Of a DNA stretch of 64,000 nt, positions 13,476-24,679 are shown piece by piece (the stretch's first letter is position 1; each line of letters starts with the position of its first letter). The stretch comes from Antedon mediterranea (Eukaryota; Animalia; Echinodermata), in NCBI RefSeq assembly GCF_964355755.1, contig NC_092673.1, forward strand, positions 33,849,648-33,913,647, given 5' to 3'. Under the pieces are notes generated by a model. That model saw only the letters and a program-made list of their open reading frames with translations. It was not told the DNA's origin and ran no database searches. The translations under genes were made by a program, and so were the position numbers.

Positions 13476-16400
13476 CTGTTTTAAAAAGAAAGTAAATAAA
13501 GTTGTTTTTCTTACTAAAAGGTGATAAAATATGAATTTAGTAGAAATATTGTTCAATATTCATTTTTTCCTTTATTTTCAAAGTGCAATTTAATTCAGCC
13601 TTGAACGCACCATTATCACTAAATTTGCTAATCCCTCATAAAATGAGTCATCACTGGGAATGGGTTAGCTGATGTTATGGCTACGTAATTACGGTTCCAC
13701 TGTCTTAACTGCTCGGCCACTCACAAGTATATTATACAGATATTGACTGCTTAGAGATCAAATCTTATATTTAACCGATATAAAAGGCAATATCTGTTAT
13801 ATTATTCATTCAATCTTTTATTTTGAAAACTCTGGTCCATAGAAAGTAAATTACATATAAATGAAATAAATAAAATAAACAAAATTACTACTACTCATCT
13901 CAGGATGGCATTCCATCTGGAGAGCATCTTCGACTTAACTAAGACATTGCTTATAATCGTTGAGATTAAAATATTTTTGCTTGCATTAAGTCTACACATC
14001 AGGCCATATATTGATATTCTTAACAATTCATAAAAAGAGGGAATTCTACATTCCGTAAACATGAGGCTGGCACTGCAATGTAGAGGCCTTTGCAACAACA
14101 TTCTTAAACCATTATTGTAGCATACCTGGAGAGATCGCAAGGTACCTTGATTATAGTTGCACCATAATGTAGCACAATACATATTTACACAATATGTTCT
14201 AAATAAAACACATTTCACATTGATAGAACACATACTAAATTTTCTGACCAAGGAGTTGGCTCGGATACACAAAGATCTGTATTGCCGCTTTATATCAAAC
14301 TCATCACATAAATCCAAGGATATAACATGACCAAGATATGTGGTTGAGTCCACATATTCTAAGCTTTTGCCATTAATGGTAATAATAGGTTTCAATTGAA
14401 TCCTCCGTGACTTAGGACAGATTATCATACAAGATGATTTCTTAGCATTGTAAACAATATCATTTTTGGCCGCAAAGCATTCAGAAATTTTAATTAGATG
14501 TTGCAACCCTGATGCAGAAGGTGATATAAGCACCATATCATCTGCATACGATAGGTTGTTAAATTCAATATTATTTAACTCACACCCTTCTTTGCTGTTG
14601 CTAAGCTTAATGATAAGATCATTTATATATATATTATACAGATGGGGAGACATCACTCCTCCCTGTCTAACACCATTTGATACATGAAAGGGCTCCGAAA
14701 AGGATTTGCCCCATTTAACAATGAAACACTGAATATTATACCAAGCTTTTAGTACTCTAACAATTGGACATGGAGTATCATTAATAATTAATTTCTTAAA
14801 AAGTGTCCAATGGTTCACCCTATCAAAGGCTTTAGAAGCATCGAGGTCGCATACATAGACAGGGCTACCATTTAATACGATAGTAGTAATCAACTATTTG
14901 TTTAAAAACAAAAATACAAGTTTCTGTACCATGGTTAGATTTAAAGGCAAATTGTCTGTCATCAGAAGTTATAGTATCACCAGATAATTCAATAAGAACA
15001 TGTTCTAAACCCTTAGATATTACACAGGCTAGGGCAATCGGTCTATAATTATCCTTGCTTGTAATGTCGCCTGACTTAGATTTTACGATAGGTACAAGAA
15101 TGACATCAGTCCCTCCAGTTTGACATTATTATTGTTAATTGAATTGAATCGGCGCCAAAGTGATACACTTTACCGCGCAAGGTGTCAAAGCCTCGACTGG
15201 GAATTAAATATAACCCCCAATATAACGGCGTTACGTTCTCACAGAATGCCCGTCTGGCATTGCGGGAAATATCCCTAAAGCAAATATCTCTAAAGCAGGT
15301 CATGTCGATGCCGGCATGATGCCAAGACGACCCGTTCTCACAGAAAACCATACCGGCATGGTAATGGTATATTACCGCAATATTCCTGGCACACAGCTGT
15401 GTGAGAAAGGGGCTTAGGATGCGGATTGACTCAGTGGTATTCTCTGGATTGAAAGAAGTATACAGTTGAGTATCATCAGCGTAAATGTGATACTTGATTG
15501 CATGTTTGTGAATAATATCACCGAGAGGGCGCATGTAAATTAAGAACAAAAATGGGCCCCAGGGTGGAACCTTGGGGGACACCAAAATCTATAGAAACAG
15601 GATCGGAGATAGCTGATTCCACTGTAACAAACTGTTTTCTCAATGTTATGTAAGAGTTGAACCATGCCAACACTGTACCAGAAAGACCTAATTCTGAAAG
15701 TCGATCTATGAGGATACAATGGTCAATAGTATCGAAGGCCGCGGACAAGTCCAGGTATACAGACACTCTACAGTGTCCCTTGTCGAGGGCCTGCAAAATA
15801 TCGTTATTTACTTTCAGTACAGTAGATTCCGTACTGTGTGCCTTTCTATAGGCTGACTGGTAAAGGATCGAATAAATTATTTAGATTTAAAAATTTAACC
15901 AAAATTGAACAAACTACCTTCTCGATAACTTTAGATACAAAAGCAATGTTAGTGACAGGCCGGTAATTAGCAAAAGTTTGCATCAGTAGACAAAGGAAAC
16001 AGTAACAAACTTTTACTAGTATACCTGCATGTCACATGCGTATATGCCCAGTAGTAGTATTAAATTCAATTGGTGTTCAAGATGTTTAGTTGGGGAGCCA
16101 GAAAGCCTGACCCTCTAGCAAACTGAGCTTGACTTCAACGTTACGATCATTAAAACGGATTAAAACTCAGATACCAAGTATTTGTGGCACAGGCACCACC
16201 ATTGGGATCGCACATAAAATTCATAAAATGGCACCTCCCACTAGTCTAGTTGGCTCTGAAATGATACTTCCATGCATTGTGCAGCAATCAGCGTACTTAA
16301 ATAAATACAGTGAATACGGTAAATACAGTGACATAAAATCTTTTTGATTTAAAGTACAACAAATTAGTTTCTTGAAAAGTCATCCGGAAGGTTTCTATGG

Positions 16401-19400
16401 ATTCTCTTGTTTCCTAACATTGTCATACACTGTACCTCAAATACTCTTATAATGCTAATCAATGTGCCATTGAATGCAATACTACAATCAAATTGGTTCT
16501 CTAGGGTTGCTTTGTTTCATTATTTCATTATTACCAATGAATTAGACAAAGTGCAAATTTGTAGTTAAATTGAGGCGACATTATCAGAATTTAGAAAGAC
16601 TGGAATCAATTGTAGCTTTAAACCTGTTGTGGACCAAAAAATGTCATCACATGGAAGGTGATAATTAGACTATTATGGCATTTCACACGAAAAACATTGA
16701 AATAAAATGTGTCATTATCATTATACTCACTTTTTGTTTCTTGTGATTGGTAAGCCTTTTTCTGTGCTGGATTATCTTCACAATCAGAGGAACTTTGGTC
16801 CAATTTGTGCTTGTATGATTTAACTTCTACACCTGAAGTAAGAAGATAGTTTGTAAAGTATGAATCACTGTGTATTTTTCACTCTTCCCCGAGGTTCATT
16901 TTTTTGACTAATGTACAAATGATTCTTTGAGTTATAGTAATTGTTTTGCTTTAGTTGCCCCTGACCATTGTTCTCTGTTTATGTTCTGTTCTGTATCTGT
17001 GTTTTGGTCAAATAAAAAAATGAGAAATGAAATGAGAAATAATGAACAGGCCATTAATTTGATGCAATACTACAATACAACTAAAACTGATTCTCAAGGG
17101 TTTTGTTCCATTGTTAACAATGAATTACAGTAGCAAAGCGCAAATTTGTAGTAAAATTGAGGTGACATTATCAGAATGGATTTTTTTAGAAACTGATAAT
17201 GGAATCAATTGGGGCTTTTTAAACCTTTTTTGAACCAATTTCTGATGACCAAACCTGAAAGTTCTCACTAAAAAGGATCCCACCAAAATCAGACTATAGA
17301 AATCTGTACGAAAATAAAACAAAATTCTTCATTATCATTGCACTCACTTCTTGGTTCTTTAGGTTGGTAAGCCTTTTTCTGTGGTGGATGATCTTCACAA
17401 TCCGAGGAACTTTGGTTCAATTTGTGCGTGCTTGATTTACCTTCAAATGACATAAATGATAACACTAGTCTATGTTAAAAAAATCAATTGTGAAATAAAA
17501 ACATTTAGTTTCACACTTTAAACAAAAATTAAATGCTATGACCATGACCTGAATAATTGGAAATAGATGTTTTAACACTAGGGCTAATCCAAGTGAGGAT
17601 CCAGACTTGAAGGGGAAGATTTTAATAGATTAAAAAAATTGCTATTGTATAGACCCTACTGTTCTTTCAAATGTCGTGACTGCTTCACTGATGAATGATT
17701 GAATAATTGATTTATTATTGGCTATGTAAATAAAATATATAAGAGCATACTGTATAGGGCATTTATATATTTGGATGAAAAATTTAAAACAAATTCACCA
17801 ACCATCAAAGAAAACCCTTTTTGCTCTTTTCATTCCATTTCTGTCCAAAATTGTAAGAAATTTGTCCATTTTTTTAAAATCTTTATCAATGATCTCTCTG
17901 TCTTCAAAATCTTCAATTAAACTCCAGCTGTCTTGATATTTCTTTGTTGGATTGTTGTATAAAGAATCTAATGTGTATACGTCATCCTTTTTAAGTTCTA
18001 ATCCCAGTTGATAAACCTTTTGTCTGTATGGTGTCAACATTGATATCACATGTTTCTCAATATCTTCTGGGGGTTGATTTTTAACTGTTGACTTAAAGTC
18101 AAATTGCTTGGTTATTTTTACTGTGTCATACAGAAGAGTAAGATTTGATAAACTCAATTTCCCAGAGGCTGTTAAATCCTGTAGTAGATCCTTGACACTT
18201 TCAGCTCTAGTTATACCTGTGTTAGATTTTGTCAGATGGTCTTTATATAATAATTTTAAGGGTTTGAGGTATCCAAGTCGATCATACCATTCTGCTGTAT
18301 CAATCAACAGTTGATTAAAACCTTCGACTGAGATTTCTATAATGTGAAAATGAGTACAACACCATTTGAATTTACAAATAATAGTGAGTGGATTAATTGG
18401 CATCTACAGAAAAGAGTTAAACAAATCTTGTTAAGAAACTTAAATTGCTAGATCAAACTTATGGTTTGGATGCAAAACTATTATGCCCCTGAATGATTTG
18501 GCAATGACATTACAATTTATTTTTCTTTAGATTATTTTTTTGCAGGGGGATAATATATATTTTACTCAATTGATCATCCTGTTTTATTTGTAACTAGGTT
18601 ACAGTTAAATTATGATGTATTCATTATTCTCTCTGTAAACTTGAATGTACTGTACATTTAAATGACATTAAAGATACATTAACTGAGATTACTAATCTAA
18701 AAAATCGCCATTTTTAACAGAGGATTAGAAGGTACAACAATTCACTATTTATGATTTAGAGTATCAGGCACTACAGCTATATAATATACAAAAATAAATA
18801 AAAACAAAGACACTAACCATCAAGGAAAATCTTCCTAGCCTTTGTTATTCTATTTCTTTCTAAAACATTAAGAAACTCCTCCATCCTTGTGTAATCCCTA
18901 TCAATGATCTTTCTGTCCTCAAAGTCCTTAATCAAACTCCAGCTGTCTGGATATTTCTTTAACAATGGATTGTTAAATCGAAAATCAAGTTTTGATACTT
19001 CATCCTTTTTAAGTTCTAATCCCAGGTGAAAAAGCTTCTGTCTGTAAGATGTCAACATTGATACTACATGGTTCTTAATATCTTCTGGAGGTTGATTCTT
19101 AACGTTTGACTTAAAGCCAAATTGCTTGGTTATCTTTATTGTGTCATATAGAATAGTAAGATTTGATGGACTTAAACTCCCAGAGGCTGTTAAATCCTGT
19201 AGTAGATCCCAGACACTTTTAGCATTAGACACCGCTACATTAGATTTTTTCAAATGGTCTATGTATAAAACTTTCAACGCTTTGAGGTATCCAAGTTGGT
19301 CATACCAATTTGCTGTATCAGTCAACAGTTCATTAAATTCTTCCACTGAGATTTCTAAAATGTAAAACAAATATTAGACAAGACCATTATAATTTTATAA

Positions 19401-22400
19401 ACATGGAGCCAGCATTTTTATTTAATTTATTTATTTATTTAATTTTGGATTTATATAGCGCTTTTCCAAGTGACCAAAGCGCTGTACAATAGAAAATACT
19501 ATATAGGCCTACTCAACAAAACTTACAAAAAACAAAAAATAGAAAATGGAATGAAAATACAAAAATATATATAAATATAAAAACTATGAGGGCCTATACA
19601 AAAAGTTACCGTAATTTCATTAACATTATTTAGGAAAGAGATAGGTTTTTAACATTTTCTTGAAATATTGCACATTTGGGGTTTCACGAATATAAGATGG
19701 TAAGTTATTCCACAATCTAGGACCGTAGACAGAAAAACACTTATCGCCAAACGATAAGATCGAAGTCCATGCCGACCAGAATGGTGTTTGTTTATAAGGT
19801 CCTGTAAATAACCAGGTGCTGAGCCATACAGACAGTTGTACACATGCACTAAGATCTTGAATTCAATCCTCTGCTGGACAGGCAACCAATGCAGCTAGCT
19901 CCCCAATGGGAGGAGACGCAGTGGTGCGCTTGCTAGCTTGAAAAATAAGACGTGCAGCGCTATTTTGCAGTGTTTGCAAACGTCGGACGTCTGAAACAGC
20001 CAATCCACCGAGCAAAGAGTTGCCATAGTCCAGTCGGGAAAGAATTAAAGATCTTACTGCATGTGTACAAGTAGAGCGGTCTATGAAACACCGAATCCTA
20101 CTCAAATTACGAAGATGGAAGTTTACCCTACTACGCAATGTACTAACATGATTTTTCATAGAGAGTTGGTTATCAAGCATGATACCAAGATTTTTAATGT
20201 TACTGGATGGGGTGATAATAGATTCACCGATTTTCAAATCAAGTTGGGGTATAGCCTTAACATGCCTATTAGATGAAATCACGAAAAACTCAGTTTTTGA
20301 ATCATTTAGCTTTAGTTTGTTGATCATCATCCACGAACGTATTTCAGTAACGTAGTTTAAACTTAGCGGCGGAGATATCCTCCTCCGACTTTGAATCAAA
20401 GCTAACGTAAAGCTGTATGTCATCAGCATATATGTGATACACGCTACTTCAAATCGCCTAATGATATCTGCAATAGGTTGCGCATACATAGTAAAGATAG
20501 ATGGACCTACGATGGACCCTTGAGGTACACCATATCTCAAAACATGATTCTGCGAGTATTCACCTAGAACACAGACTCTATTTACACGTTCATGATGGTA
20601 ACTAGCAAACCAGTTTAATGCAGTACCGGAGATACCAAATTCACTCTGCATTCAATTTACAAGGATGTCATGGTCTATGGTGTCGAATGCAGAGGAGAGA
20701 TCTAGTAGGACCAACATAATTGATTTACCTTTGTCAAGTTCATATCATTCTTAACCCGCAAAAGGGCAGTTTCCGTACTATGAGATGATTTATATGCAGA
20801 CTGGTACGGTTCAGTAAGATCGTTGTTCTGGAGATGCTCTTTAAAACTAGAGACTGCGGGATATTCAATTATTTTACCTAACGTTGGGAGGTTGGAGACA
20901 GGCCGGTAATTTTTAAACACATCAGGATTTAAGGTTGGTTTTATCTTAATGTGAACAATATCCTGACTCATTATTTAAAAGCAGTTTAGATTTCTTCAAC
21001 TATAAACTCATGTGTGTTTTTGGTATATTTTTCCAACAATAATTTCTAATTATGTGATCATTTAGAATAAAATGATCACCTACTGTTATTGTATGACATC
21101 TTTGTTAATATTTATTTCTCTGTACAGATTTTGCGTAACAATTATCTCAAAAAGTTAATAAATTTCACAATATCTTTCCAAAAATTTAACTTAATCCTCA
21201 GTGTGATTACTCATCTTTGACGTTATTTATGCGCCATTTTGTGAAATCACATTATCAATTATATCTTCACTAGCAATTATACCCGCCCCAGGGCAGGTTT
21301 CAAAATTAGTTTACAGCCTTCTCAGTACATAACACCCGAGGCCAGTATCTGCCTATACTCACCAACCGCCACCCTCTCTTCAATAACAGCACCCCATACT
21401 CTTTCTTAAAAACAAATTCTTCCCAGTGATGGACAAATTCAATTCAATCTAAGCTTCAAATTGAGAGGAGTATACATAGCTATGATGGGTCTAATAATGG
21501 TTGAAGTACGTTGTAAATTGTGTAAATGAATAGGTGTCATATTGGCTGATAATTAAAATATCTAATTTAGATACTGCGGTCCCCCAGCCTTCTTTCTCCT
21601 TTCACCACCAAAGCCACCATGACACAAACCTTAACTCCTCCCCTGGACAGTTCAAATATAGTAACTCCTAGTACAATTCCAATCATATAGGCTACCGTAC
21701 TTCATTACGCTAGTATTACAAACACACCCCTGATACACTGGGTGATGTGTTGAAGACGGTTCCAGTACAAATGATGTTATTATCACTCCCAACCCATAAT
21801 CCCTCAGTGGCAGTTGTCAAATGTAGTTTAAAACATTCCAAATACAGTTTGGGTCATTGTGATAGGCCTACATCCCCACCCCAAACTCCCATCCGCTTCC
21901 TACTACAATCCTGGTGTAAGCTAAATCCCCACTATCCCCTGAACCCCAACTCCCAAACCCTATCAGGCATGGCATGGTAACAGTAAACAACATGTGTATA
22001 TTAATATATAGATAATATAGATAACACGTCATCACATATCAAATTCACTACATACTTCACGTCAAGGGTAAACATATTAGCAAATAAAAACCCACTCGTA
22101 CACATGGTCATGCTCGCAAAATCGTGCGTAAAAAATTTTAAAAGCTCAAAATTACATTTTGATAAATTTAGAGCATGAATTAGGTAGTTTAACGTGATTA
22201 ATTAATTCAACCAATCAGCATTTAAGTTAGTATTGTGCGCAACTTTATTAGCTCTCAGCTTTTATGCAACTTGTATACCTCATTAGCATTGGTTTGAATA
22301 ATCGTTTTCGGATGGCGACAACATTTGTGTATTAGTATTTGGAATACCATGGTCTTTCATATACGGATTTATGTCTAATAAAAGGCAAACATTATAAGTT

Positions 22401-22585
22401 GAGATATCACCTTTTTCTTCAAGTGCATTAAATATATAGTTCGCTATAAAGTTTAGTTTAATATTTCAGTGAGGTAGGATATTCAAAAGGCAGAATTTCA
22501 ACATATCATACTTTTTACCTTTTGAGTGTTTACCAAGTTCACCCTTCAAGTTGTCAAACTCATCATTCCTTTCAAGAGATGCCAT
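9922..22585 (-). CDS. NLR (NOD-like receptor): 4x DED-like death-fold - linker - NACHT - LRR, ~1628 aa, 6 coding exons
   Basis: Exons in minus-strand order: 22585-22519 ([10 protein letters not shown]..., ATG), 19354-18818, 18336-17803, 17440-17348, 16832-16731, 13475-9922 (stop). All introns are GT-AG and phase 1. The 4887 nt join into one open frame. NACHT Walker [10 protein letters not shown], Walker [10 protein letters not shown], sensor 1 LITSRP, HD1 PLLL, winged-helix [10 protein letters not shown], then LRRs. Confidence 0.85.
13670..13725 (-). mobile_element. SINE head fragment (same family as 56500-56736)
   Basis: gatgttatggctacgtaattac..cactgtcttaactgctcggccactcac matches 56684-56732. 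Confidence 0.55.
13860..15105 (-). mobile_element. Non-LTR retrotransposon RT fragment in NLR intron
   Basis: ORF 13895-14893: [31 protein letters not shown]; upstream NYRPIAL motif near 15040 in another frame (frameshifted, 5'-truncated). Confidence 0.9.
15420..15985 (-). mobile_element. L2-clade LINE RT fragment (frameshifted)
   Basis: [33 protein letters not shown] and YADDTQLY motifs across ORFs 15518-15796 and 15106-15585. Confidence 0.85.
17803..18336 (-). CDS. NLR exon 3: tandem DED-like pair (duplicate of exon 2)
   Basis: AG acceptor 18338-18337, GT donor 17802-17801, 178 codons, phase 1-1. Two ~85-aa helical units (F..LL...L..LK.L..D....DLL..L...G.LS..NL.LL and PYRQ.VYQLG.EL..DDV..L...W.LI..FE.R.II). 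Confidence 0.8.
18818..19354 (-). CDS. NLR exon 2: tandem DED-like pair
   Basis: AG acceptor 19356-19355, GT donor 18817-18816, 179 codons, phase 1-1; roughly two-thirds amino-acid identity (by eye) to exon 3. Confidence 0.8.
19430..20971 (-). mobile_element. L2-clade LINE fragment (RT to 3' end), frameshifted, in NLR intron
   Basis: [64 protein letters not shown]; L2-type 3' end tatagcgctttt..agcgctgtaca near 19455. Confidence 0.88.
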
Positions 22586-22935
22586 TTTCCTGCAAAATAA
22601 CAAATAGTATCATTCTATCAATTTTTACACTGAAATATTAATAAATAAATAAATCTTTTTTATGGTAGTACAGTAGTAGCAGTACTAGACCTGTTGCAAC
22701 TTAAAATTCTGTCACCCAGTCTCTATCCAGTAGCAATACCAACAAACTTCTATCAATACAGAATCGTGTGGCAAGACTTGTTTTCCAAGGATGTTTTCCA
22801 AGTGTCTAAACTGGTAGCGTCTCTTCCCTAGGTCACTGGCTTCTGGTGGAATTGTATTCAAGATATTTGTACATGCATATAACCGTTTTAAGAAAACTTC
22901 TCCTATCTTATGGAACTAAATATTTATGAACCTAA

Positions 22936-23097
22936 AGCTCTGTCTACACTATCAAACTAGTTTGACAAAAAAAATTGTGATGTGCCCAAATATGGTAGTG
23001 ATATGCTTAAATAAGGCAGTGATATGACATCATCATGTCTATATATGGACATATCACATTTTTTTGTCACATAAAGTTTGATAGTGTAGACAGAGCT
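22936..23097. mobile_element. PIF/Harbinger-type MITE (AGCTCTGTCTACACTATCAAAC TIR)
   Basis: Perfect 22-bp TIRs, 3-bp flanks TAA/TAG; a shorter copy lies at 53991-54088. Confidence 0.8.
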
Positions 23098-23345
23098 TAG
23101 ATTTAAGAGGAGTTTGCATTAAAAATGGTACTTCAGCTACATTCAAAATCAATTCATTACTCAAATTTTATACCTTAACTTAAAACAACGTAAACAAAGT
23201 TTATTTTATACTAGGCCTACCTTATCTCAGTCCATCAATGAAATTACTACGAAAAACTCTAAAATGTATTGACTTCACTTACTGATTCTACAGTATATTA
23301 AAAACTACCGAGAGAATATATTTCATACATTATATATTGGCAACA

Positions 23346-23363
23346 TTTCAATTTCCAATTTCC
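23346..23363 (-). promoter_or_regulatory. Candidate IRF-type element (GGAAATTGGAAATTGAAA) upstream of the NLR
   Basis: Contains GAAANNGAAA on the minus strand, near a CCGGAAG ETS-like core (~23378-23384) and a plausible 5'UTR-exon donor at 23220. The AT-rich background lowers specificity. Confidence 0.3.
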
Positions 23364-24679
23364 AAAAATTAATGAACCTTCCGGCTTAAGTAATGCTAGC
23401 TGCACTACCAAAAGACTTCAACTTGATTACAATACAAGGTGTAGATTGTTATGCAAAATGCAACGGAAGAGTACAGGAATACAATAACATTGTTCTTTAC
23501 CAGAATACATTCAATATACTTTTGGATTTATTTTACACTGCTGGACATGACAAAACTAAATTGTGTTACTACTACTAAACAAAGATATCAACACAAAAAA
23601 ACAGATGAATAAAATGAAACTTTCAATTGTGTCATTTTATAGTTAATATTCACTTTTTCCCAACAAAAACAATTATGAAAAAAATTATTTTTCTTATAAA
23701 TAAGAAAAGAAAACAGTTATATTTAACCAATAATTAACTCCCAAATATTGGCTTCAAACTAACTAATGTACGGCTTTGTACCCATTTCTTTGCTTAATTA
23801 TTTTAGAAGAGTTACTGTTCGTTTTACCCTACTGTATAACTTATAATGCTATACACTTATATAACTCCAGAGTACAAAGGTAAAATGTAACCGATAATTT
23901 TTATCTAATTTTAACAATTTTTAGCCTCTTAACTTTTTGTGTGTGTTTTTGTAAATTGTATTTTATATTTTTGTATTTTGCCAGTTTTCAAATCACATTT
24001 CTGGTTTTTTTAAATGGACAATAAAGTATATATGACTATGACTATGACTATGACTATATCTGACAGGTTCTTAATTCAAAGACTTGTTATTAATCATGAA
24101 TGTGCCTATTTTAATATTTCATTTTTGTGTCACCTTTCTAAACCAAATTAAGTACACAGCATCTAGCTTCAACATTCATATAAATAGAGTAGGCTTACTT
24201 ACACATACATTACATAATTATGGTTCTATCTATGAAAAAAAATGTCACAGAAACAGAGTTAAATCATTCATTCATGAATTGTAAGTAAAATAAATAAATA
24301 GAAAAATTATAGGTGAGATTGAATGTATAAAAAAAAATGTTTTTAAGCAGGAGAAAGATCTATAGGGGATCTTCGTATTATTATTTGGTTAATAAATGTT
24401 TATTATCAATCATTTATTTTTTATTTTTTATTTCACAGATCTCGAAAAGGACTGTGTCTTTTTAAAATGGCCATTTCTAAACACGTTTAAATATTATATT
24501 AGACATATAATAATTTGCCTCTACTAATATGTACTTTAATTAATATATTATAATATAGAGAATATACGTCTGTAAACGAGAACAATTTATTTAAAAACAA
24601 TAAGTTTTACAATATATAACTCGTAAAGCCAGCGTATCCATTTTTATACTTATGCTTACATGTAGATATGTGCATTATA

